A DNA stretch of 64,000 nt from Tubiluchus corallicola (GCA_030141605.1 JAQGDQ010000002.1:62001-126000), one strand, 5' to 3'. Numbered from the stretch's first letter, positions 14,401-26,363 are shown. Made by a program: numbers and translations. The notes: a model not told the origin generated them from the sequence alone.

Positions 14401-17400
14401 CGAACCCAAGACCACTGGATTGGCAGTCAAGTAACATAACCACTCAGCCACTGCAACTACTGCAATGAAACACTTCAAAAGCCAAAAAGTACATCGATAT
14501 TTAGATAGTTCGAACTGCAAATTTCTAGCCCCACCCACACTAACCGACTATCCCACATGTGTGGATCCTTTTTCTGTCCAACGAAGTACTTATGTGAATA
14601 CTTACTCCACTTTTCTGCAAACAAAGGAAAGAAGTCCGAAAATGTGCCTTTGAAGTTAATAGCATTAATCAACCTGCAGAAGTGAAAAACAGATACTGAT
14701 ACATCTTTGGGATTCCTGGTTACATAAACAACCTGAAACAATTACAAACTCACATACATGTTTATGTCAAAATTAGTACCTATAGGGTATAATGGGCTAA
14801 TGTCGGCCATCCACTTTTTTATACATTACAACTAGGTCACGTGATCTAGACTCGGTTTTAATATGAAATATTAATGCGAATACAAGGTAAATCATTGAAA
14901 AAAATCTAAATGTGGCTGACATTACCCCAATATACCCTACTACTACCACCACAGTTTATTGAAGTTCATGTAAATGTTCATTTTATTGATTTTGAAACTA
15001 TGGTGGTAAAATCTTTAATTAAAACATTTCAAAGTTCTAGAATATCAGCAGCAAAGTCGCAAAAAAATTTTTATAACTAAAGAGACAAAATCAATGCAAC
15101 AACATTTTTACTATAATTTGACCCATACAAACTACTTGACATCTAGTTTTTGCCAGCAGTAATGCTTGACTAGTACCAGCGCTACTTAAAAAAGCAAAAA
15201 GTTAACTATACAACATATCAAAAGTTGACTGACTGTTGACATAGAATGTTAATATATATATATATATATGAATCATTATATATATATATATTTATATATA
15301 TAGAGACACCCACATTTTTGACCGAAAACACAAAATTGATATGTTCAGTTAGCAATGTTTGCAGTTTGTTCAAGGATTTTTTTAAACTCACACTAGATCA
15401 TCAACGACACCACAAAATAACACAAAACACACCAACCATTTATCAAAAATATAACAAGAAATACATTTGGACCTTGCAGTTCTTTGTCCATATATCTGGT
15501 GGACAAATGCCATGAGGAAGATGTGTTTTAATAAATCTGGGTGATGGCATGTTAGAGATTGCGCTTACTCCAGGTACCGGAAGTTCAAGGCACGGAAACC
15601 TGTCCTCCAAATTAATCCGCCTCGCCTTCTCTGTGTTGGCATTATTACATATGAGCCATACAATTTCCTGAGTCCATGTTGTGCCTATATGAAAAGCCCA
15701 AAACGTGAATAACATCAACTTGTTTTCAGAAATTTTTTGCACTGATACCACGCAAACAGCAAGATGTTCAATTCATTAAGTACTGAAGTAAAAAAACAAG
15801 ACGAAAATTGGAAAAAATATTCAATACATGTAATTTTTTGGTAAAATGAATGAAAATTGAAAGCACAGATGTCTATAAAAATACATCAATATCAAAATAA
15901 TCTTCTGAATGCTAACTATGTTCCCAATATTGGACTGTTGTTAATCAAAGCACTGCTACAGAGTTGATATAGTGTAGACATTAACAGATGATTTCTGTAA
16001 ACAAAAATTGTTAAATTCGAATGCAGACTGTAAGTAAAATACAGGTCACATAGCTGAGCTCATTAAAATTTTTAACTAGGCTCAATTGTAAAATATCACA
16101 TTTTGCCAACTTGCAAAATCGGCTTAAAACTAAAGTGTACAACTACGGACTATGCCATAACTAACTGTAAAGAAAAAGAAATTTAAGACGTATTTGCATA
16201 AAAAAACTTAGTAATGAAAAATTGTTAATAGTTATTAATAAGTTAGTAGTATCATAAATATATGGGATCAAGAGACTAATTTACCTGCTTTTGGATAAGT
16301 TATAACCCATATATCTTCTGGCCTAGCCTCAAATGCTTCAATTTTTGAGCAAACTGAGCTGTAGCCACGAGAATAAAATATTCCTGAAAAACAAAATCAA
16401 CTAAAACACTTGAAAATATTTGTATGCATGTGCAAAACAAAATGTTATTGTTTGACACATTTGATGAAAATTGATTTTACATCAACAGTGCTGTAATTAC
16501 CAACTTGAGTGGCCTAATAGTAATTTTCAAAAATAAATAAATAAATAAAAATAAATAAAAATGTGAATGTGAATGTGAAATAATAGAAGTTTTCAACACT
16601 CTTTCCATTAAAAATGCAGAAGGGTCATGGGTAAGCCAATAGAAATTGCAGCAGAATAAAAATATATTAGAAAACTGCAGCATAATGCCAAAGATTTTTG
16701 TCATAACGGTGTCCTAGTCTCATAATGCCTCCTTCGACTGCTCCTGAAGCATTTTTGTAATTACACTAATTTGCCTATGCATTTTGCGATGCTAAAGAAA
16801 CCATTCAACAAACAACCAAGCAATAAATAAACAAACAAACAAACAAACATACACACACATAAAAACCAGACAAACAAACAGAAATGTTTATATATGGAAT
16901 GACAAACAATCCTAACATACTTTTCACTGGGAAAAGTTTGTAAACATAATTATCTTCACTTTCATAGATATGGCACCAAATCACTTTGTTTGCTTACTTT
17001 GTTTACCCAATATTGTCTCACAAACCTATTTACCACATATTTAGTTCATACAACACTACCCACTTTGGCAGGTAATCACATTTCTACAAATACTGAATAG
17101 TGGAGGTTCACTGTAAAAAATCTTCCACAGGAAAGTTAGTTATGTTAATGCTGATGTTCTTCTATTTAAAGCAGCACATGCAAAAGGACTTCCGATGACG
17201 ATAGGCATTGAGAAAGTTATATATGATTGAAGAAACACAGACTAAAAAATTTTACACAGAACTACATAGTACAGCAGGGCAAGAACAGAAAATATGGTAA
17301 AGCTCTGTACATAATAAATTATGTTTGACATGGTATGCCTGAAAGACAGCTAAAATATGATTCAGAAATGGGAGCTGGTATCCATGCACAACATTAACAG

Positions 17401-18628
17401 CAGACAAACACAGACACACAGAAAAGCTTAGCTTGAAAACACTTAACTTGAGAATTTAACCAACAACACTAATGACATTATATAATTACTAGCTAAGAAC
17501 ACACTGATCAATACTGCGCTCTCCAACTGCAAATTGCATAATCTAAAAGCATTACAAAGCTAATATCCCAGGGACAGGGATTAACACTATTTCCCAAAAG
17601 ATTCAAACTCATTATATTATACATCATATATTATATTCAAACTTTCAAAGACTACAGTACTGTACTAAGTTAAATGAAATCCCTTTTTGAGTTAATAAAA
17701 ACATGCTATTTGGTTGATTTTCATTATTTACTTAATAAAACAACAATTTCTTTTATTTCAGTTTATTATACATAAATTCCAAATCTAATCACACATTAAT
17801 GAAGACAGGTGAAACTAATAAAAATAGGCCTAATGCTTCTGTAGATAACAGAAAGCAAGAAAAAAGAAAATAATTATATTTGATTTGTGTACATAACTAT
17901 GGCGCGGGCCTGCAAGTTATGACATATGTAAGAACTAGAGAAACTAGAAGGAAAGCTCCTAGGCAAGATGAAAGTAGCCTTAAAAATGCAAAAGCCTCAT
18001 GAGAAATCACCTTTACAAAGAAAGTTATTCAACCAAGGTATATCCAGCTATGCTTTTCATTATCAGGAAATTACCTTCCCCTGGCAAAATCTTGGTTAAT
18101 TTGAACAAGTTAAAAATTAAAAATTTAAATGCATTTTACCTTTTTATATGTATTTAATGACAGTGTATCTGTACGTTTATGTAATATATATAATTGGAGG
18201 AAAATAATTATGTCACAAGAAAGTTACTCAAGTAGCAATGTTAGCAGTTATTACTGTTTATAATGGATTATAGTAGTTCTGTGAATCTGGGCATACCAGT
18301 CTTCTCATACATTCCATACCGGCACACATGCAAGTGCTCTTAATGCTATACTATACCATTGCCACAGTCCACTGGGTCACTTTCAACAAACTACTCATGT
18401 AGCAATGTCAGAAGTTTTACTAGCTTACCACTTACTGCTATTTGGCATGCGTAAAAGCCGGAGGTTACCCAAATACGCCACCTCCTCTTTGTCTCTTTCT
18501 TCCCTGTAGATGGCACGTAAGAATGGAAGAAGCCCACTCCTCCACACACCAACACCTACAGTGACTGCGGCCGTGGTTACACCTAACAGCATAAGCTGAC
18601 GATTAGGTGCCCACCAGGAATCACTCAT
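8377..18628 (-). CDS. Cytosolic-fold (Sulfotransfer_1) sulfotransferase, SULT1/SULT4A1-like, 340 aa, with N-terminal hydrophobic segment; join(18628-18436,16383-16285,15684-15473,14732-14606,13644-13550,11839-11656,8489-8377)
   Basis: Seven GT-AG exons total 1023 nt in one frame. Motifs present: TYPKAGTTW (PSB loop), KTHLP (catalytic His), RNPKDVSVS (3'-PB), YEEM and RKGKVGDWK. An in-frame TGA lies just upstream of the ATG. Confidence 0.93.
9430..10250 (+). mobile_element. 5'-truncated non-LTR retrotransposon fragment (RT C-terminal region, CR1/L2 group) nested in the Academ relic
   Basis: Frameshifted KSMCIKF..WVDDVIHLGNIITYDLTDDKDV..ETYCSAYYGCQSW, typical LINE ORF2 C-terminal motifs. Confidence 0.6.
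10700..11160. repeat. Diverged ~145-bp tandem array (~3 units), subterminal repeat of the DNA transposon
   Basis: ccatgtac(t/c)tt(a/g)tgatg recurs near 10838, 10982 and 11128; ccattgtccagtacaggtc..tttgccccagccaa recurs near 10727 and 11019. Confidence 0.8.
11656..11839 (-). CDS. Sulfotransferase coding exon 6
   Basis: 184 nt; DSHECIRRIADFLGRSLTPDQVDAIAHHCSFQEMKNNPNANMSWMHETGMWNRNKGTLMRKG. Confidence 0.95.
13550..13644 (-). CDS. Sulfotransferase coding exon 5
   Basis: 95 nt, the size I recall as conserved in SULTs; IYGGFWYHVLGFWKRRHEPNIFYMTYEEMIK. Confidence 0.95.
14200..14456 (-). mobile_element. tRNA-derived SINE (head resembles tRNA-Gly)
   Basis: Minus strand GTGGCTGAGTGGTTA (A box), GACTGCCAATC (anticodon arm, GCC) and GGGTTCG (B box); no acceptor-stem closure; followed by a non-tRNA body. 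The 3' end coordinate is approximate. Confidence 0.6.
14606..14732 (-). CDS. Sulfotransferase coding exon 4
   Basis: 127 nt, the size I recall as conserved in vertebrate SULTs; VVYVTRNPKDVSVSVFHF..FKGTFSDF. Confidence 0.95.
14783..14939. mobile_element. ~155-bp MITE, Tc1/mariner(pogo)-like, TA target duplication
   Basis: TA-GGGTATAATGGGCTAATGTCGGCCA ... TGGCTGACATTACCCCAATATACCC-TA; ~25-bp imperfect TIRs. Confidence 0.75.
15473..15684 (-). CDS. Sulfotransferase coding exon 3
   Basis: 212 nt; GTTWTQEIVWLI..FPCLELPVPG..SPRFIKTHLP..KNCK. Confidence 0.95.
16285..16383 (-). CDS. Sulfotransferase coding exon 2
   Basis: ttcag|..G|gtaaat, 99 nt; encodes IFYSRGYSSVCSKIEAFEARPEDIWVITYPKAG. Confidence 0.92.
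18436..18628 (-). CDS. Sulfotransferase coding exon 1 (N-terminal anchor); exon acceptor at 18640
   Basis: ttttgttttag|GTCTGATTAAAAATG. Donor A|gtaagt is phase 1 and matches the next exon. Encodes MSDSWWAPNRQLMLLGVTTAAVTVGVGVWRSG... Confidence 0.75.
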
Positions 18629-20044
18629 TTTTAATCAGACCTAAAACAAAAGGAAAATTTTTAGACACTAAGAAAGTAGCCTATGAGTAATTACTTTTCT
18701 GCAGTGGCATCTTGTGGCAATGTTTGATTTTTTCAACTGCTCTGATGAACAAATACCAGCCTTTAAGAATTATTATGAACGAAAAAAGACAAGATAAGAC
18801 AAATAAAGAGATCTTATTTTGGAAATACAGAAGTGTAATGGACTGTTCACATTTTCATGCAGTAAAAACATGCATAATGCTGTTTCCCGTACGTAACATA
18901 TAAGGTCTGTTAAAGAAATGAGTGAATAAGCTAAGGAGCATAACAAATGACGTACAACATATGACACCGAACACAATGGCAAAATCGTTTTTTAAGCAAC
19001 CCATATGTACAGGAAAATATTACCGACATATTACTACCTAATACAAGCATCCAGTAAAACTTCGAGTAAAAAGGCAATGTCAAAATTGTAAAACACAAAG
19101 ATTTATAGGCAGTTAAGTTAAAAAGCTGCACTTTGCTTTTGCTTTGATATGTACATCAATCACATCACAGTATAAATAACAGCCTACAAAACAAATGCAG
19201 ACCATTTTAATCGTAAAACAAACGTCTCAGACAACTGTCAGAAAAATAAACAACATACTTCTCATTACCAAAGTCTAAATTGTGTGAACAAAAGCTTCAG
19301 CAATACACAAGTCTATTTTATTCTCGGTTATTGGTCTTCTACTGGATTTCTAGTAACAATCTGCAGCCCTCACAACCAGAGAATTAAAACTCAATTTAAC
19401 AGTAATAGCTGGTATCATGTAAACTCTAAGACTAACTTTACGAATACATTGTGAATAATTTGCATAGTAATACAAGCTATAATAAAGTCCTGGGTTCGAC
19501 AAGACACACTTCATTAATAATTTACGTCCTGAAAAAAATCACTGTCCCAATGATTAACCATGGCATGGCCAACCAGTAACCACTACTCGGAATGGATCTT
19601 TGCTACCAGTATGCATTGTAAACAACGGCCTTCACAGTAGCCGGTCAGAGTAATTTTCTCCCATTCGCAAAACGTATCTGAATAGTTACACCAGCTTGAG
19701 TTAAACACAGTCATAAGAGCACCAAATGCTCCAGCACCTATAGAGCTATAAGCGATGAGAAAACAAACGCAAGACTGGCGTAAACAGGAACTACAATTCG
19801 TTTTGTCCACCCATTTTATTGCAAAAAAAGCCTGCCCGTCTGGTGAGTTTTTATAACATTCCTGGGGGAATGTGTTCACTTTGTATTGCAATCACGTCTA
19901 TTAAAACTTTAACAAGTCTGGCATTTCAAAATCGACATTATCACCAGCAATCAACCTCCATGTTTTCGTTTTTTTGAAAATTTGTTTCCACTGCATTTTA
20001 AATGAAAATTTAATACAGATATTCACACTCTGCCAGCTTTTCTA

Positions 20045-21225
20045 GAGCCAAGTATTAAGATTCCTGCTTTTGTAATATCACCTAACGCAACACTAAAAGT
20101 AGGTGACTGTTCCATGGAACAAGCAAAAAATGTAAAATTTTTAGGCATTACTATCGATAATAAACTCACTTGGGATGAACAGTTTCATCAAATACACAAC
20201 AAGATGGCATTAAGCACGGCATTCTTACACCAAGCCAGAGGCCATTTAACCAAGGAAACAAAAATTCTCATCTACAAAAGTCTAATATTACCACATTATC
20301 TGAATGGTTGCACTTTAGTTCAAAACGTTAAAAATGAAAACTTTATAAAACTAAATACAATGCAAAACTATGCACTTAGATTAATTCCTGGCTATTCTAA
20401 TAAAACTGCTAAACAACATGCTGCTTCTGCAACAAGCTTAAGAACTTCCACAAAAATAACAATATTAGAAGCCTATCGAGATTACGTAACACTCATATTT
20501 CTTTATAAAGATATCAATAAACTGAGCATTCCGTTTATAAACAATCCTTTATCATTCATTCCTGATACCACTTTAAACAATAGAACACACAATTTAAAGC
20601 AAATTACAGTAAACAATAAATTTGAAAATAACTCTATATCAAAACAAGCAATACATTTATGGAACTTACTACCCAGTGAAATAAAACATATAGAATCTCT
20701 CCACCAGTTTAAAAAGAAATTAAAAGAATATCAATATAACAGGTTTCAACTTCCAAATTATGCATCTGATACTAATTACACAGACTCAACTTTCATCTAC
20801 CCCCCGTGCCTGACTCCATAAAATGATTAAGAATATAAAATTTAAAAAAATTATGTAATGTACTGCGTGTTATGTTAGTTGTTTAATGTCAAATGTATAA
20901 ATAATGTAAATGTAATGAGTGAAATTCATGTAATGTAAAGCGTGTTTCTGTTAATTGTGTTATGTCAAACAAATGTATATATAGTGTAAAATATGTCATG
21001 TAAAATTTAATGTACTTTTATAATATTCTTTTGTAAAAATATTTTAATATGGTGTTTGTAAATATGTCCATTTACTGTATATAAGTAGACCGTAGTTTTG
21101 CAATTGTGTTGAACAGTGTTGTTATTTTAATATTACGCTGAGGCTTAGTCAATTTTATTATAACGAGTGAACCATTTTAATGACACAAGTATACAAGTAA
21201 AACCCGGCGTCACACAAATAAAGAA
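20045..21225 (+). mobile_element. 5'-truncated L2/Crack-like LINE (ORF2 C-terminus plus 3' UTR)
   Basis: ORF 20114-20821: VKFLGITIDNKLTW..LIYKSLILPH..LNTMQNYALRLI..LWNLLPSEIK..FKKKLK; AATAAA at 21217-21222. Confidence 0.88.
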
Positions 21226-24200
21226 TTAATATATGACGCTACACATTCGCTATCCACAAAAGTAATCTTTAAGCCAATGAACAATGGGGTGTCATTATAC
21301 AACCGAAAAATGTTAAATATACACAAATATTTTCACAATGTCCGTCTCACGTTTTCAAGGTCTTATTTTTATATTTTTCACAATATTTTACATTATTCTT
21401 CGGCTCAGTTCTACTTAGATGCATTGTACAATACTTCTTACCTCGTAAAAAATATGAAAATCAAAGACATGTAACTTACACTAAAAGAAATAATACCATT
21501 CTTGTAAGCCTTGCATACGCCAATTATCATATAGGAAGCACACTACATGCATCAAAGGAAAAAGCCACGACCTGTGGAATTTCTACAATGCCAAACAAGA
21601 GGGCGAAGAAGCGATCAAAGTCCAAAACAGATCAAGTGCTTGATCTGTAGGCTGGAATCCAAGCCTACTGAACCTATTTCACACGATGAAAATATAGCAA
21701 CTTCATACAGCGCAGCAGCGAGTTTATTATTAATTTAGCTATAATACGAAGCCATAGACATTCTACATTAGATACTACCACATAGCAGCAACATTCTGTT
21801 GTTTACAAAGTCCAGGTACCATGACAACTCCTTGGTGAAGAAAGCTTTATGTTAAGAAATAGTTGTTTGACAAACACAACGCGATGAACTGGGAAAATAT
21901 CGTTAATGTTGTCATCACAGCATCTCCGTTGCCACCACGACCGTCATCAATACGTCACGACCATCTATTATCATTAACATCACACCACGAGCACCTCCAC
22001 TGCCACAGCTGCTGTCACCGCCCCGCTACCGCAACTGCCGCCCAACCACACTACCACTACATTATCATCATCATTACTACCCTTGTCGCTAATGCCGGCA
22101 TAGCATCATTGTCACCATTAGCACCACGATATATTTATCGGCGGTGTTCCTACACTTATAGATTGGTAACAATTATAACCAGCTAGATGAAGGGCTAAAA
22201 ACCAGAAAACTATTAAATTAGTGTAAACAAGCTATATTTTCACCAATCAGCATTAAAAATTAATGGCAAGCTGGGTAATTGAACGCTTTCACTGAATGAA
22301 CTTCACGAACATAAGCGTCTATAAAATATTTATGCGTATTTAATGGCCAAGCAGAGAGTGCAGCAAGTGTTAAACGAAAAGAATTAAAAGGAAAATCTTT
22401 AACGTTTGTGCCGAATTTTAAATAATTTCTCGAACAAAATCATTCAATGATCACAAAATAAAAACATAATTAGCATAATTATTTTTAAAGTTTTGACCAG
22501 TAGCAAATAGACCATTTAAATAATAGCGTCTAGTGCACAGCAGCGACCCATGCAAAACGTCTTAGTTACTGCCAAAGACCGCCAAATCGCATCAGTTTCA
22601 GATCTAAAGAGTTATACACGTGCACTTTTAGAGTGCAGGCGTACTTTTAATCAACAGGTTTTGCTCGCCTGGCGTATTATTGCTGACACGACTTTGAGTC
22701 GATAGTTCATCACGAAGCAATTCCTTTGTACGTCGCACAAACTGCGCGCTACACAAAGGTAAAGGGCAATGGTATAAATAGTTACATGTATGGATTCAAA
22801 ATGCACAAGCTTAGAAACGAAAGCTGGCTTGCTACCGTTGCCATGTCAGTACTTTGCACACAGCAAACTACCAAGATAAATAAGTAAAAAACGACTGGCT
22901 CAGACAATAAGTAACCAATGCCCAACTAATAATTATGACAATGCACTAAAATGGTAATATGTAAAAAACTACAATGTAAAATTTATTTGTATAGTATCTT
23001 CGTAATAATTACGTCAACAATCCAATCAGCAAGGAATTCACGTCTAACTCATTTGGTATTCATTCAGTTCAGTCAATACTTTGTTTAGAGGACTTATCAG
23101 ATAAGTTACGTTCTCGGTTCAAGCAAAGTGAATGCATAGAAAATAGAATAAGGGGCAATATGAAAATCCAAAGACTGAGGCAAAATTAAAGTAACATTCC
23201 GTATCATTCCTACGAGAGTTAACGAAACTTTAGGAAAGCACTTTTGACCATTTGTTCCTACTCACCCAACGGGACGCGTACGACCAAAATGCGATGTGTA
23301 TAGTTGAATCGTTTATCCAATTCTTAATTCACAGACTCACGGTATTTGAATAGTAATTGGTTTTCATTTTAATGTCAAAGGAGAACTATCAAGTTTCACT
23401 TAAAAATTACAGGAAAAACAGTTAATACATCGTTTAGTAGAATTTCTTGATTATTTGAGCTCTCTTACACCGAATTCTCAAATGACATGATAACGTGTTC
23501 TACACCAATAAAGTGTAAAACGGTGAAGCCGGAAATCCTTTCCCATTCAGTAACATAGCAACGCTATTCAGCACTATAGTAACCAATAATACTGACTCAT
23601 GCCTTTCAGTTACAATTCTATCAAGCCAGTCCAACTGTCAATTTATTTTTCACATTACCGACGTCACAGTTGCGTTTTTAAGAACTTCCACACACTTTAT
23701 AAAAAAAAACACTGAATCTGCCAAAACTAACCACAAAATTAGATACGTACAAGGTAGACTCATAGATAAATACTTTTAAATAGATAGGTAATTAGACGGC
23801 AAGTACGCAGGTACGTATTAGATAAATAATAGTAACAGGAATCATACATGTATTAGATGATTAACTAACTGGTCACAACGATGAGTATAAAAATACTACT
23901 AGAACAAAAAGAAAACAATTGTTCAACTGTTTATGCCCTGTTAAGCAAAAAGGATAAAAAAACTGAAACTACAGAAAGGTGTTGTCAGACTCAGGAAAGA
24001 GAGATTTACAAAAGCTTATGTGTGGTGTAAAGAGGTAAGCAATAAAAAATTTCAGATGTATAATCTACATACCAAAGTTACACGTGAAGTTTATCAAAAC
24101 CTTAACTGAGGAAGAATATGGAAAGAAAGAAAAATGAGTGTTTGATGATCTGTTGAGCTTTTTTAATTTTTCTTCTTTTCATGTGAACAGTACACAATGG

Positions 24201-24879
24201 AAAACTGAAATACCATGTCATTTCTGGCAGCTCTTCGTGGCAGCCACCATACGTTATTCTTATAATGGTTTTAATAAACATGCATTTAATCACAATGTAA
24301 TTAAGTGAATTAAATGAACTGCCCAGTAATTGCTTTTCCTCTTGATGATTTGTCCACGTTTTGTCTGTTTTGTCTTTGCTATTTCAAGTTGGCTAGTGCA
24401 ACTATCTTAGCTAGTTCAACAACATAAGAAAAATTCTTACCTTGCTAATACAATTTTTTCTTCTCCCAGGTCTTCTCTGTGAAATTTGTGCATATGAGAT
24501 AAATATTGTCTTCTAAAGTATAGATTCAAAATTTGGCTCACTAGTACATGTGTACTTGGCCCTTTCATTACCTGCCTAAGCAAGCAAATTTGTTTTATAG
24601 CTTTGCACCTGAAGAAAGTTTTACAATATTTGCTGTTGATGCATAAAATTGCATATTCATGATTAATGTGCACTGATTTTGCACACGAGGCACATTAGAA
24701 GAATGATAACTAAAGAATTAAACATGTATTATTGTTATATCTACAACTTTACAACAACTTTGAAATGTTGCCAAGCTCTAAATACTTTGAAATAGATCAA
24801 TTTCTCTTACATGTAGGGACACTGGTCATCTAATACAACTTTGGTCAAATGCAAAACAAGCAAAAGTTTGGCAGATACT

Positions 24880-25350
24880 TTAGTTTCATGCAACAGAATT
24901 ACCTTATTTTGCAGTTACAACTGGTGTATTTAAAGAATGAAGTCGATACAAAGTTTTGGCTACACAGGAAACCAAATACCTTTACACTACAAGCTGGTAT
25001 TCACTATCCTGGCTATCCAGCACTTAAAACATGGGCCTACTAAGTTTGAAGGCTGTGACCAGCTTAGAAATCTTACTCGCTATAAAAATAATTGTCTCAA
25101 ATCAGTAGTGGTTAGGTTCTAGCACTTTGGAATGCACATATCAGAACAGCTCAGAACTAACTTTCCCGGAGGTCGCTCAACCATTTACTAGCCACTTCCA
25201 AGTCACATAACTTTGTAGCCAGGTATACATATCACTCGCCACTTGATCATTTCTTTTAGGCATACCATGTGTAAATTACCTAGGCACACAACAGCTTCAA
25301 ACTTTTTTCTTAATACTGCTTTTGTGTGGAACTCTCTGCCTCAATACAAC
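24880..25350 (+). mobile_element. Highly decayed CR1/L2 LINE 3' fragment
   Basis: FEGCDQL.. and NFFLNTAFVWNSLP resemble the WDGC and SFFP..WNSLP motifs of LINE ORF2. Confidence 0.45.
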
Positions 25351-25719
25351 ATTTTCAGCTCAGTGGCAAACAAAGAGGAAAATGCAGAGGTATCATTACT
25401 TTTCCTATTTTTTGACCTTGATTATACACTGTGAAGCTTGTAGACACTGTAACATCTTTAATCATTTTAATAAGATTGAGAAGTCCGGGTAAGTTGTTGT
25501 CAAAGTTCTTAAGGCAGGAGTGGAAGTAGTGCATGATTCGTGATGCATATTGATTGTTTCCAGGTGTCCATGAACGGTACGCATATTAACAAAGCTCATG
25601 GGATACCACCAATTTTCGTAAAAACTGGAAGTAATACTTTTTAGAAAGATATGTCTCTGTCGAAATTTTAGATCAAGAAATAATTGTAGTGGTAGCATTA
25701 GCTTATTGTTGTATTATTA

Positions 25720-25950
25720 GATGGAAAAATTCAAAAGAAAGCACAGATTTTTGGTGCATAACATTTTCCAGGAGAGATAACAACACAGAGTGTACCACCA
25801 CTTAGTGAAAGAATTGCAGTTAGATACAGAACAACATAATTATATGCTTCTTTCGCCTCTTAAAAACTAAAATGGAAGAAATATTATTGTGTGTAGGTCC
25901 TGAAGTGACCAAAACTCACCTGACCAAGAAGCCAATCAGCGAAAATGGTC
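25720..25950 (+). mobile_element. PIF/Harbinger transposase N-terminal relic
   Basis: RKHRFLVHNIFQER*QHRVYHHLVKELQLD..NYM..MEEILLCVGPEVTK..KPIS resembles the Harbinger consensus WVHPIF..R...G.YH.LV.EL.LD..YFRM..FEELL..VGP.I.K. Confidence 0.6.
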
Positions 25951-26363
25951 ACTGGAAACTGAAAACTAGATAAATCACCTAGGCAATGGCAGTGTATTGC
26001 TGAGTGATGCATATTAGGATGATAACGATCGTGTTCCAATGAATACAGATCACACATTGCACACGTTTATGGAGTCCTGACCTTTATACTTAGTATCTTC
26101 ACTCATAAAAACAAACAGCATTCCCGCAAATTCAGACACATTATAAAGGATTTTCACAACATGAAATATTGTTTGTGCATTGGACAATTACCTTTCAACT
26201 TGTACAACATTTGCAGAGCATATTAAGCTACCATGAAGGTTAATTGGAGGTGAATTATAATGCATTTAACTACTGCAAGAGCAAATGTATTTACAAGTTT
26301 GGTTTTCATGGATTTTACCAAAAGAGAATCACACAGGGTTTTATTGTGGATAAGGCACAATAA

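Noticed and set aside
14401-14456. Functional tRNA-Gly gene
   Set aside because: No T-arm or acceptor-stem closure; runs into a SINE-like body.
19583-19891. 102-aa Cys-rich minus-strand ORF near the SULT
   Set aside because: No recognisable domain, no true ATG start, and the SULT ATG already has an in-frame stop upstream.
21863-22186. His/Pro/Thr-rich ORF; similar tract at 62395-62622
   Set aside because: Degenerate trinucleotide low-complexity DNA.
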